Of a stretch of DNA of 64,000 nucleotides, positions 51,094 through 60,101 are shown piece by piece. This stretch comes from Candidatus Woesearchaeota archaeon (GTDB taxonomy: Archaea > Nanobdellota > Nanobdellia > Woesearchaeales > WAPY01): the NCBI GenBank assembly GCA_049700835.1, contig JBNAUL010000001.1:246043-310042 (forward strand), given 5' to 3'. The translations under genes and the position numbers were made by a program. How positions within the stretch are numbered: the stretch's first letter is position 1; every line of letters begins with the position of its first letter. The notes below the pieces were generated by a model. The model saw nothing but the letters and a program-made list of their open reading frames with translations, had not been told where the DNA came from and did not search any database.

Positions 51094-52011
51094 TTAGCAC
51101 TTTAGGTTTTCTTTATTACATTCTTTTCCTGACTTAAAATCCTTACTATCAATAATATCAAAAATAACGCTTTTACACTTGTTGTGTCCTATTAGATTAA
51201 AACTGAATGGTAAGTTTGCAGTGCAGGTTTTAACTTTGTTATTATTTTTAATTGAACAATAACCAAGAGTTTTTTTATTGTAAGTATCAATTATCTCAAA
51301 ATTGAGATAAGCATTACTTGCAAACGAATTAGAGTTACAATCAGTCATAGCATAAGGTTCACTAAAACTTTTCCAAACAATTGTGTATGGTTGTTTTTCA
51401 TAGTTGCCCAAATCCCAGCATATTGTTGTTATGTCGTTGTCAGGTTTCTCCAATTTTATTTCGGTAAGGCTCTTTTTGCACAAATCGTAATATGAATAAT
51501 CAACTGTATTGACTTCATAATCATACTTTCTAAGATACGCTTCAACTATCTTAAAGCAAACATTGAGTTTTTTGTTCTTGCAGCATTCGGTTCCATGAAG
51601 AGTTACAACAAAATTCTTGCTGTTGTTACAATCAATAGCCTTTTTGTTTTTGTCTTTAATATTCACTTTTAACAATTCGCAATCAACATGCCCTTGGTTG
51701 TCTGTTTTTTCTTTCAAACAATCAAAACTTACACTGTAATTCGCATCTCCATACTGAAAATCCGCCCAATCACCAAACTTTAAGGAGAACTCTTCATTGT
51801 TTTTAGTTTCCTTGCTAAGATAGTCACTAACTTCCTTTAAAGCAATTTCTTCTTCGCTCTTTGTTTCATTAATTGAAGTGTTTATTACACTTCTGCCGTG
51901 AGCTACAACATTGTATATTATTCCTAAGAGCACCACTCCGACTGTTAGAACTAGAACAGTAATAACTATTGTGTTTATACTTAGTTCTATTCCTTTCTTT
52001 TTTAAAAGCAT
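51094..52011 (-). CDS. Pilin-like protein with Cys-rich ectodomain
   Basis: KKKG|IELSINTIVITVLVL; GGAGG RBS. Confidence 0.78.
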   Translation of the reverse strand: MLLKKKGIELSINTIVITVLVLTVGVVLLGIIYNVVAHGRSVINTSINETKSEEEIALKEVSDYLSKETKNNEEFSLKFGDWADFQYGDANYSVSFDCLKEKTDNQGHVDCELLKVNIKDKNKKAIDCNNSKNFVVTLHGTECCKNKKLNVCFKIVEAYLRKYDYEVNTVDYSYYDLCKKSLTEIKLEKPDNDITTICWDLGNYEKQPYTIVWKSFSEPYAMTDCNSNSFASNAYLNFEIIDTYNKKTLGYCSIKNNNKVKTCTANLPFSFNLIGHNKCKSVIFDIIDSKDFKSGKECNKENLKC

Positions 52012-52012
52012 T

Positions 52013-52138
52013 TTAAACCTCCATTTTTAATAGAGGAGCAAGCAGATTCTTTAATGGCGGAAAAACAATAAAGATAAGCACTAATAAAACAATCAGCGCT
52101 ATCAAGAATTTTATTATCGTTGAAAGCGTAAGTTCCAT
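52013..52138 (-). CDS. Small pilin-like hydrophobic peptide (41 aa, not in ORF track)
   Basis: MELTLSTIIKFLIALIVLLVLIFIVFPPLKNLLAPLLKMEV; GAGGTG RBS. Confidence 0.6.
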   Translation of the reverse strand: MELTLSTIIKFLIALIVLLVLIFIVFPPLKNLLAPLLKMEV

Positions 52139-52206
52139 TAAAACACCTCTTTTTGCTTTTTACTATTATTTTTTTTAATTTTAATTAATTTTATCCGAAA
52201 ATAATT

Positions 52207-52395
52207 TTATCTGAAAAAGAGCAGTTCCCTGATTCTTTCAACTAAGCTTATGTTCTTATTTTTTATTTGGTAAATTATAAACAAGATTACAACCAACAAG
52301 AGCAATAAAAAGATAATTGTTGTTATTACATCATGAACTTCGTATCCTTTTTTGAAAAATCTTAATTTCATTTTAACCATATCTTGATTTAACAT
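52207..52395 (-). CDS. Small pilin-like protein
   Basis: FFKKG|YEVHDVITTIIFLLLLLVVIL. Confidence 0.7.
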   Translation of the reverse strand: MLNQDMVKMKLRFFKKGYEVHDVITTIIFLLLLLVVILFIIYQIKNKNISLVERIRELLFFR

Positions 52396-52430
52396 ACTAT
52401 TTTGTTTTCTTCTTTAAAAATTTTGTTTTT

Positions 52431-53360
52431 TTATTGAGTTTGAACAGCAGGTAGTTCCTCGCAACCAAGCTCGTCAAAAGCTTCTTTTTTGTAATCCCTA
52501 AAAACAACGAATGAAATCCATTGCGGCTCTGCCTTCGCAGCATACATACCAACACCGCCAACTCCAATTCCAGCAAGAGTAAGTCCTTTCCAAATCAAAG
52601 CAGGTCCAAAACCAAATTTTGTTGTAACTACTCCGACAGCAATCATCGCGATTCCAGGAACAGCACCCTTTGCTTTGGTTAAAAAATTATCCCACGGGTC
52701 TCTGCCTTTAATGTAAGTGAAGACAATTGCATAATCCTTGCTTCTTTTAGTGTCAATGTATGCAAGGGAATTAACAACTTCTTCTTCATCCTTTTTTAGA
52801 CTTTCTGTTTTCTCTGTTTTGTAAGCAGTCAGATAATCAAAATAACTAATCCCTCCTGATTTCTTCTTTGATTTTAAAACATCAACAAAGTTATTAAGTT
52901 GAACATCGTTAGACATCTCAAAGTGTATGCTTGAGCAAACAACGCAGAAAATTCCATCCTTGTTGAAGAGCAGCAACTTGCCTTCATGAAATTTGTTCCA
53001 GCAAAGAACGGTTTCGTCAGCAACAACATCTTCTACAATACTCTTGATGTTTTGATTTCCCTTGTAATCCTTGAACTTTTCATTATTGACATAAACCCCT
53101 TCATCCTTGAAGGTAACATACCTTGTTGGACATTTTAGTTGGGTTGAAAATGTTTCTTTTGTTGCATAGGAAGATGCAGCAGCAATTTCAACGCTGCTCT
53201 TGCATTCTTCTATTTCTTGATTTTCAGAATACATTATCTTAAACTTATAGATTATTATACTTATCACAATTAAAACTGCCAAAATTATTATTATGCTTAC
53301 AATTTGCGAATACTCCAATCCGATCTTGTTTTTTTTATTGTTTTTTTTAATTATTATCAT
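52431..53360 (-). CDS. Pilin-like protein with conserved Cys ectodomain
   Basis: KNKIG|LEYSQIVSIIII; CKSSV, ADE..LCW..F.EGK, CVVCS. Confidence 0.75.
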   Translation of the reverse strand: MIIIKKNNKKNKIGLEYSQIVSIIIILAVLIVISIIIYKFKIMYSENQEIEECKSSVEIAAASSYATKETFSTQLKCPTRYVTFKDEGVYVNNEKFKDYKGNQNIKSIVEDVVADETVLCWNKFHEGKLLLFNKDGIFCVVCSSIHFEMSNDVQLNNFVDVLKSKKKSGGISYFDYLTAYKTEKTESLKKDEEEVVNSLAYIDTKRSKDYAIVFTYIKGRDPWDNFLTKAKGAVPGIAMIAVGVVTTKFGFGPALIWKGLTLAGIGVGGVGMYAAKAEPQWISFVVFRDYKKEAFDELGCEELPAVQTQ

Positions 53361-53397
53361 TTTTATAATTTACTTTTATAATTCAACATTTTATAAT

Positions 53398-54189
53398 TTA
53401 ACCATACAGTAAAGTGCAACCATTTATTAACAATTTCAACGGCGCAATTGTTACCATTGAATGATGCGTTTTTGCCAATCTAAAGAATGAGCCTTCGCTA
53501 GCAATAAAAGCAAGATAATATTCATTGTTTGTTCTTATGTTAAACTCCTCTCTTTTTATAACGTCCACTTTTGGGAGTATTGTTGCAACTCCATAAATTT
53601 TTAAAGAAATTATGTAAACATTTTCAAACACTTCTTCTTTTTTATTCTTATCAGCATTAGGATACAAGTAATCAAAGTAACTCATTTTTTTGTCTTTCAT
53701 TTCATTCTTCATAAGAAAATCCATTAATTCGCTAAAAGTTATTTCGTTGAAAGGAGCATCCTTAACATTTATCTTTGAGCAAACATTGCACAGAATTTTA
53801 TTTCCTACCAAAACCTTATTGTATTCTATTTTTCCTTCAACAAAAATGTTCCAGCACTTTGCCATTTCATCAGCAAGTATCTTCATAGTACTGTTCTTTA
53901 CTTCTTCATTGCTCAAGCCTTTATAGCTCACCTGCTTTTTATTGTTAATATAAATTCCATCCTTTTTTATAGAGATATCTTTTGATTCGCATTGTAAAAC
54001 AGCATCGCTAAAACTCAAAGCATTCTTTCCAATATAATTTTTTAAAACGCTTGCTCTGCAAGCGCTTTCTTTGGCTGATTCGTTGCTCACTTGGCTTAAT
54101 AAACCAGCTATTACAAGAAGGATAAAAATTACGATTAGAACTATTATTATTGCAACTAAAATTCCAATTCCTTTTTTGTTTTTTATCAT
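53398..54189 (-). CDS. Pilin-like protein, paralog of 52431-53360
   Basis: KNKKG|IGILVAIIIV; CRASV, ADEMAKCW..F.EGK, CNVCS. Confidence 0.75.
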   Translation of the reverse strand: MIKNKKGIGILVAIIIVLIVIFILLVIAGLLSQVSNESAKESACRASVLKNYIGKNALSFSDAVLQCESKDISIKKDGIYINNKKQVSYKGLSNEEVKNSTMKILADEMAKCWNIFVEGKIEYNKVLVGNKILCNVCSKINVKDAPFNEITFSELMDFLMKNEMKDKKMSYFDYLYPNADKNKKEEVFENVYIISLKIYGVATILPKVDVIKREEFNIRTNNEYYLAFIASEGSFFRLAKTHHSMVTIAPLKLLINGCTLLYG

Positions 54190-54350
54190 GCTTGCTCTGT
54201 TGGTTTGTTTTTATTAAAAAATATAATTGTTTTTTTAAGCTTTTCTTTATTTTTCAATGTAGGCATTAATTATTTCTAAAATTATTTATTTTTCAAAATA
54301 CATCTTAGAAAACAAAAAATAATATAAATTTAAGCAATCATTCATTTGAG

Positions 54351-56132
54351 ATGCTCCAAAATTCAAATTTAAAAAATTTTTCTGGTTCAAAAAAAAAGAA
54401 ATTTATATTCATATCAGGAGGAGTAATAAGCGGAGTTGGAAAAGGGGTTGCAACTGCTTCTATAGCAAAGATAATGAAAGAATTTGGATTCAAAGCAACA
54501 TGCATAAAAATAGACCCATACATAAATGTTGATGCAGGGACTTTAAGGCCAACAGAGCATGGAGAGGTGTGGGTTACTTTTGATGGAGGAGAAACAGACC
54601 AGGACTTAGGAAACTATGAGAGATTCACGCACCAAAACCTTCCAAAGAAAAACAACATAACAACAGGGCAAATCTATGAAGAACTTATAAGGAAGGAACG
54701 CTCTGGTTTATTTCTTGGAAAAACAGTTCAGATAATTCCTCATTTTATTGACGAGGTAAAGAAAAGGATTTTAGATGCAGGTAAGGACTTTGAAATTATT
54801 TTGGTTGAAATAGGAGGTACTGTAGGTGATTATGAAAACATGCCATTCCTTTTTGCAGCAAAGAGTTTGGAAAAGGACTTTGGAAAGGAAAACATAGTTT
54901 ATGTTTTAGTAAGTTACCTGCCAACTCCAGGCAATATTGGGGAGATGAAGACAAAACCAACTCAGCAGGCAATAAAGATGCTTTCAGAGACAGGAATATA
55001 TCCTGACATTGTTATTGCAAGAGCAGCAGAGCCATTAGATGATGTAAGAAAAGAGAAAATAGAGAGGTATGCAAACATAAACAAGGAATTCATAATATCA
55101 GCACCTGATGTTGATAACATCTATTTTATTCCTCTTAATTTTGAAAGAGAAATGCTTGGAGCGAAGATCCTTAAAAGATTGAACTTAAAACCAAGAAAGA
55201 GGGCTAATTGGAGTGCGTGGAAAAGGAGTGCGGAGTTAATAGAAAAATCAGATAGAGTTGCAAAAATAGCAATCGTAGGAAAATACTTTAAGATAGGAAA
55301 TTACAACCTAAAGGACTCGTACATTTCTGTTATTGAATCGTTAAAGCATGCTGCTGCTTATTTAGGAGCAAGGGTCTGCATTGAAGAAGTTTCTTCTCAG
55401 GATTTAGAAAGCAATGAAATAAAACTTGAAGATATTCTAAGCAGGTTTGACGGTGTGCTTATTCCAGGAGGATTTGGAAGCCAGGGTGTTTCTGGAAAGA
55501 TAAATGCAATAAGATATGCAAGGGAAAATAGAAAGCCGTTTTTAGGGCTCTGCTTTGGAATGCAATTGGCAATCATAGAATTCTGCAGGAATGTTTTAGG
55601 AATGCGCGATGCTGATAGCGTTGAAATAAATCCAAGAACAGAAAATCCTGTCATAACGATACTTCCTGAACAGCAAGAATTGTTGAAGAATAATGCTTAC
55701 GGAGCGACGATGAGGTTAGGGGGTTATGCAGCGGTTCTTGATAGAGAAAGCATCGTGTACATGCTTTACAAGGAGTTTGGGAGAATAAAAAATGATATGA
55801 AAACAATTGAATTTTATCTGAAAGACAAAGATTTAAGGTTCAGGGTTGGTTATATTCCTAAAAATTCTGAAGCGGTTCTTGAAAGGCATAGGCACAGGTA
55901 TGAGGTAAATCCAAAATATGTTGAACTCTTAGAGAAGAATGGAGTAAGAATAAGCGGCTGTCACTTTATTGACCAAAGAAAAAAGCTTGTTGAGTTTATT
56001 GAATTGAAAGAACATCCATTCTTTGTTGCAACTCAATCACATCCAGAATTCAGTTCAAAATTCTTAAGTCCTTCTCCTTTATTTGTAGGTTTTTTAAGGG
56101 CTTGCTTGAGTTCAAATGGTAAGAATATTTGA
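54351..56132 (+). CDS. pyrG: CTP synthase
   Basis: GGVISGVGKG, KIDPYINVDAGT, HGEV, KTKPTQ, GLCFGMQ, RHRHRYE, QSHPE. Confidence 0.97.
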   Translation: MLQNSNLKNFSGSKKKKFIFISGGVISGVGKGVATASIAKIMKEFGFKATCIKIDPYINVDAGTLRPTEHGEVWVTFDGGETDQDLGNYERFTHQNLPKKNNITTGQIYEELIRKERSGLFLGKTVQIIPHFIDEVKKRILDAGKDFEIILVEIGGTVGDYENMPFLFAAKSLEKDFGKENIVYVLVSYLPTPGNIGEMKTKPTQQAIKMLSETGIYPDIVIARAAEPLDDVRKEKIERYANINKEFIISAPDVDNIYFIPLNFEREMLGAKILKRLNLKPRKRANWSAWKRSAELIEKSDRVAKIAIVGKYFKIGNYNLKDSYISVIESLKHAAAYLGARVCIEEVSSQDLESNEIKLEDILSRFDGVLIPGGFGSQGVSGKINAIRYARENRKPFLGLCFGMQLAIIEFCRNVLGMRDADSVEINPRTENPVITILPEQQELLKNNAYGATMRLGGYAAVLDRESIVYMLYKEFGRIKNDMKTIEFYLKDKDLRFRVGYIPKNSEAVLERHRHRYEVNPKYVELLEKNGVRISGCHFIDQRKKLVEFIELKEHPFFVATQSHPEFSSKFLSPSPLFVGFLRACLSSNGKNI

Positions 56133-56291
56133 AAGCATGTTTTTTACTATAATCACTAGTACAAATATTAGGAGCAGAGTTAGAATTATTATGATCAGTT
56201 GCTTCATGGCCATGCTCAAACTATAACCTCAATTAATATAAAAATCTAACTGTTATTTCTTTACTCTTTTTTACTTAAACATTCTTGCAGC

Positions 56292-56444
56292 GCAAAAATA
56301 AGACAATTTTATGACAAAAGTAATACAAATATAATACAAATAAATTACAAAAACAAAAAACTGATGAAATTCTTTTGAAAAACACTCAAAAGAGAAAACT
56401 TTATATATCAGTAAATAAACAAATGTCTTACAAATGAATTACAA
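56292..56444 (+). promoter_or_regulatory. Promoter flanked by 11-bp-phased ACAA repeats
   Basis: (G/A)CAA at 56292, 56303, 56314, 56325, 56336, 56347; TTTATATA at 56400; ACAA at 56419, 56430, 56441. Confidence 0.6.
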
Positions 56445-56499
56445 TTATGTATTTAGTATACTAATCTAACAAAAGACAAACAAGCAAGCAGGTGATTTT

Positions 56500-56694
56500 T
56501 TGAGGAAGAAGAGGAAAGAGGATGCGGAAATTCTTAACATAAGGCTGCCTTCAAACATAATTTCTTGGATCGATTCCCAAATAAAGAACAACGCATATAG
56601 AACAAGGTCTGAAGCAGTAAGAGAACTTCTAAGGGAATTCATTTTTTCTTATTCCAAAAATCAGGAAAAAGAAGACAAGGGTGATGAACAATAG
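56500..56694 (+). CDS. Ribbon-helix-helix (CopG-like) regulator
   Basis: LNIRLP......ID..I....Y.TRSEAVRELLRE; GGTGA RBS, TTG start. Confidence 0.85.
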   Translation: MRKKRKEDAEILNIRLPSNIISWIDSQIKNNAYRTRSEAVRELLREFIFSYSKNQEKEDKGDEQ

Positions 56695-56705
56695 CAGAAA
56701 GAATA

Positions 56706-56978
56706 GTGAGCATAAGGATTCCAAAATCAATGATGCAGGAATTGAGGAAAATAGCAGAAAGGGAACACTACATGGACCTTAGCGAAGCAGTAAGGAGTTT
56801 TTTAAGGAAGAAGATGCTTGAAAGCTCAAGCAGGAAGAATTCTGTTAATTTAGAAATAAAGGATTATTTAGGGAGAATACTTGAGAAGAAAATAAGCGAA
56901 GAGAACAAAAAATTGCTGATAGAGCAATTAAGGATAATAGAAGAATTGCTTGAAAATAACAATCTTTCAAAAAAATAA
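56706..56978 (+). CDS. Ribbon-helix-helix regulator (possible ATA start at 56691)
   Basis: VSIRIPKS...EL.......HYMDLSEAVRS. Confidence 0.8.
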   Translation: MSIRIPKSMMQELRKIAEREHYMDLSEAVRSFLRKKMLESSSRKNSVNLEIKDYLGRILEKKISEENKKLLIEQLRIIEELLENNNLSKK

Positions 56979-56993
56979 AATAATAAAAATAGA

Positions 56994-59900
56994 ATGATAA
57001 ATTCAAATGAAATATGGAAAAGCGAAAGAAGCAGAACAGCAAATGCAACGCTCATAAGCATCGTTGTTTTAACTGCTTTCCTGCTCATATTCCTATTGCA
57101 GAACCCGAACAAAACAATAATCTCAGCAGTCTCAGCAGAAACAGGAGAGGACATAAATCAATCTCTCAATGATACTTTGAATGCGCAGATTAATGACAGC
57201 CAAAACAATGGAACGAATGCAAGCATAAATAATCCTCCGATTATGTTGAAAGAAATAAGCAATTACACGATTAATTATGGAGAAGAAATAACTCTAAATC
57301 TTTCAGAATACTTTTATGATCCGGACAATGATACGATCGTTTATTCAGCAGTTTCAACTCAGAACATTTCAATAACAATAATTGAAAACAAAGCATCCAT
57401 GAAAGCAATAAACAATTTCATAGGCATAGGATATGCAAAATTTTTGGCTTCTGATTTAAAGAACATAACCTTTAGCAACGAGTTCTCAATAAATGTTACG
57501 CAACAAGAAAACTATTCAAACAGCCCGCCGAACTGTACAATACCAAACATAACTTTAGTGAAGGATTACAGTAGAACAATAGATTTCAAAGAGTTTTGCA
57601 ATGATAATGAAAACCAAACTCTGAACTTTAACCTTTCAGCAGATTTAAACTTTACTCAAGAAAATTCGTTGTTCACATTCATTCCTAAAACCAAAGGAAC
57701 TTTCAACGCTACGCTGATAGTCAATGATTCAAAAAACATTTCACAATACTGCTTGCAGATTCAAGTGAAGGAGTTTTTGTTTAACATCTCCACAAACAAG
57801 CAGCAGTATCTGCCTGGAGAAGAAACATACATAAGCATAAATGCTCCTAACAATTCAATTGTCAATCTAACGCTTACAACCCCCTCTCAACAGAGAGAAC
57901 AAGAATTGATAAGCAGCTTTCCAATAACATACATATACTATGGTTCTGAAGAAGGAACATATTCAATAAAAGCAAAGGCAAGTTATTACTATGCAAATCA
58001 AGAAAAGAATTTGAATTTTACAATCAAAAGCCCGAGCAACTTAACAGCTTCGATCGATTCTGTTTCAGAAGCAAGAACAATAGACACTATAACGATTAGA
58101 GCAATAGTTTCAGGAAACTACGGGAGCGTTTCTTATGAATGGGATTTAAACAATGATAACATAACCGATTCAAATTCGCAGAATATAACATACAATTTCA
58201 GAAATACAGGAACAGCAAATGTGAGATTAAAAGCAAAAGATACTTACAAGGAAGTAACTGTTTACAAGCAAATAAGAATCTTGGGATTCTACGATGTTGC
58301 AATCATCGTGAATGATGAAAACGGTGAGCACTTAAATGCAGTTGTAAGTTTCAACAACGAAACAAAAAACACTCAAAATGGCAGTGCTGTCTTTAAAGAT
58401 GTTCTTGAAGGTGAGCATAAAGTATATATTTCAAAGGATGGATACTATGACTATGAAAGTTACATAGTAGTGTCTTCAAATAAAACAGTTGAAGTGCAAC
58501 TCGCAAAGATAAGGGAAAAACCCCGCATAACAATAATAGAACCAGAAAACAATTATGTCTTTGGCAATAAGAACATAAGCATAAAGTTCTCAGTCAGCGC
58601 TTACAGCAAATTAAACTGCATTTTATACCTTAAGAGCATTGGTGATTGGTGGATTGAAAAATCAAATCTAAAGAACATAGAGCCAAATTCAGAAGCGGTT
58701 TTTGAACTCAACTTGGAAGAAGGAAACTATACCTCTAAAATAGAGTGCTCTGATGGATTAATGAGTTCTGCAAGCAATGAGCTGAACTTTAAAATAAACC
58801 TCTCAGCAGTACAGCTCTTTGCAGGCTATGCAAGCTATGATTCAGTTTCTGTGTTTGACGATTCAATAGAAGAAATAGACAATTCAATTTCCTATGTTTA
58901 TTCCCTTAACACAGAGCTTTTGGAAACTCTTGTTAGCTTAAACATAGTAAAAGAACTTGAAAATTACAAGAAGGATGTTGAAAGGGCAAGAAGGGACTAC
59001 TTTGATTTGAGGCAAAAGGATTTGAACCAAAGCGAGTTGGAAAATCAGAGTGCTCAAATTTTAAAAAGGGTTTTAGATGCAAGAACAAGAATAGTTACCC
59101 GTGTTGTTCTGAAAGATGTAGCATCATTCATAAAATACCCAACAGAAGAAGACATCTACAATGTAACAATGGATTACTACCAAATCCTAAAACCAAAGGC
59201 AAAATATTCAGAATACAAAAAACTGAACGAGCAAGCGCAATCATTAGCAACAGTGACGACAAGAGTTGAAAGAATAGCGATTGAAAGAAAAAATTTTACA
59301 GAAGAATTCTATCTGATTAGAAAGACGATAAATCCGTCAGCAAATCTGAGCGAGATTTCTCTAATTCAAAAGATACCGAAGAGCATAGTAAATGATGCTT
59401 CAAAAATAAGATTTTTGTCAAAAACCAACATCTTGCAGCAAGATCCATTGATAGAGTTCAAAATCAGCGAGCTTGAGAACAACATTGCAACATATCTGAT
59501 AAACCTTGATATTACCGGAGAAAAGAACATGAAGGACTTTGAAGAAATAAAGGATGTCTTTGTACTAAACAAAATAAATCCAAAAGCTTCTCAAACAACA
59601 GGAATGGCAATAATTGATTTGAACAGATTGAACCTGAATTCAGATGCAATGTCCTTAAGAATATTTGTTGTAGTGCTGCTCCTGCTTGTTTTTCTATTCC
59701 TTTCTTTGGAGATAAACCCGATACTGCTTATGAGGAAAGGAAGGAATGTTGAAAAACAGATTTTCATACTGTTAGACCAAGCAAAGGAGTTGATGCAGCA
59801 CGCAAAGTACGATGAAGCAGCTTCGATATACTATGAGATAAAGCTTCTATACAATCTTTTAAGTTTCAAGCAAAAGGAGGCCCTCTACGAAGACATAAAG

Positions 59901-60101
59901 AATTTTTATGACAGCCTGAACGCAGCATATTTGGAGCAACTATTGGAAGAAGCGCAAACATCTGCTAATGAAAACAGGATTCAAGATGCTAAGAAGTTCT
60001 TGGAGTATTGCACATATGTTTATCAAATTCTGCCTCAAGAACTTAAAGAAATGTTCTCAAAAAAATACGAAAACCTGAAAAAATTTATTGAACAAAAATG
60101 A
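56994..60101 (+). CDS. Large membrane-anchored surface protein (cadherin/Ig-like, PKD, prealbumin-like domains, TM, cytoplasmic helical repeats)
   Basis: N-terminal TM; NNPP/NSPP..FYDPDND repeats; YEWDLNND PKD-like motif; many sequons; TTGMAI then TM near aa 890; A..IY.EI..LY..L tail. Confidence 0.75.
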   Translation: MINSNEIWKSERSRTANATLISIVVLTAFLLIFLLQNPNKTIISAVSAETGEDINQSLNDTLNAQINDSQNNGTNASINNPPIMLKEISNYTINYGEEITLNLSEYFYDPDNDTIVYSAVSTQNISITIIENKASMKAINNFIGIGYAKFLASDLKNITFSNEFSINVTQQENYSNSPPNCTIPNITLVKDYSRTIDFKEFCNDNENQTLNFNLSADLNFTQENSLFTFIPKTKGTFNATLIVNDSKNISQYCLQIQVKEFLFNISTNKQQYLPGEETYISINAPNNSIVNLTLTTPSQQREQELISSFPITYIYYGSEEGTYSIKAKASYYYANQEKNLNFTIKSPSNLTASIDSVSEARTIDTITIRAIVSGNYGSVSYEWDLNNDNITDSNSQNITYNFRNTGTANVRLKAKDTYKEVTVYKQIRILGFYDVAIIVNDENGEHLNAVVSFNNETKNTQNGSAVFKDVLEGEHKVYISKDGYYDYESYIVVSSNKTVEVQLAKIREKPRITIIEPENNYVFGNKNISIKFSVSAYSKLNCILYLKSIGDWWIEKSNLKNIEPNSEAVFELNLEEGNYTSKIECSDGLMSSASNELNFKINLSAVQLFAGYASYDSVSVFDDSIEEIDNSISYVYSLNTELLETLVSLNIVKELENYKKDVERARRDYFDLRQKDLNQSELENQSAQILKRVLDARTRIVTRVVLKDVASFIKYPTEEDIYNVTMDYYQILKPKAKYSEYKKLNEQAQSLATVTTRVERIAIERKNFTEEFYLIRKTINPSANLSEISLIQKIPKSIVNDASKIRFLSKTNILQQDPLIEFKISELENNIATYLINLDITGEKNMKDFEEIKDVFVLNKINPKASQTTGMAIIDLNRLNLNSDAMSLRIFVVVLLLLVFLFLSLEINPILLMRKGRNVEKQIFILLDQAKELMQHAKYDEAASIYYEIKLLYNLLSFKQKEALYEDIKNFYDSLNAAYLEQLLEEAQTSANENRIQDAKKFLEYCTYVYQILPQELKEMFSKKYENLKKFIEQK

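Noticed and set aside
53361..53398. Three copies of TTTTATAATT between pilin paralogs
   Set aside because: AT-only 10-mer with uneven spacing; cannot be told apart from low-complexity duplication.
48792..54189. Integrated element at tRNA-Thr
   Set aside because: No integrase and no duplicated tRNA 3' end (att site) seen; the same applies to tRNA-Val.
1466..59572. Numerous 60-180 aa ORFs antisense to or overlapping well-supported genes
   Set aside because: Shadow ORFs (Phe/Ser/Leu-rich mirrors of A-rich coding strands) without motifs or RBS.
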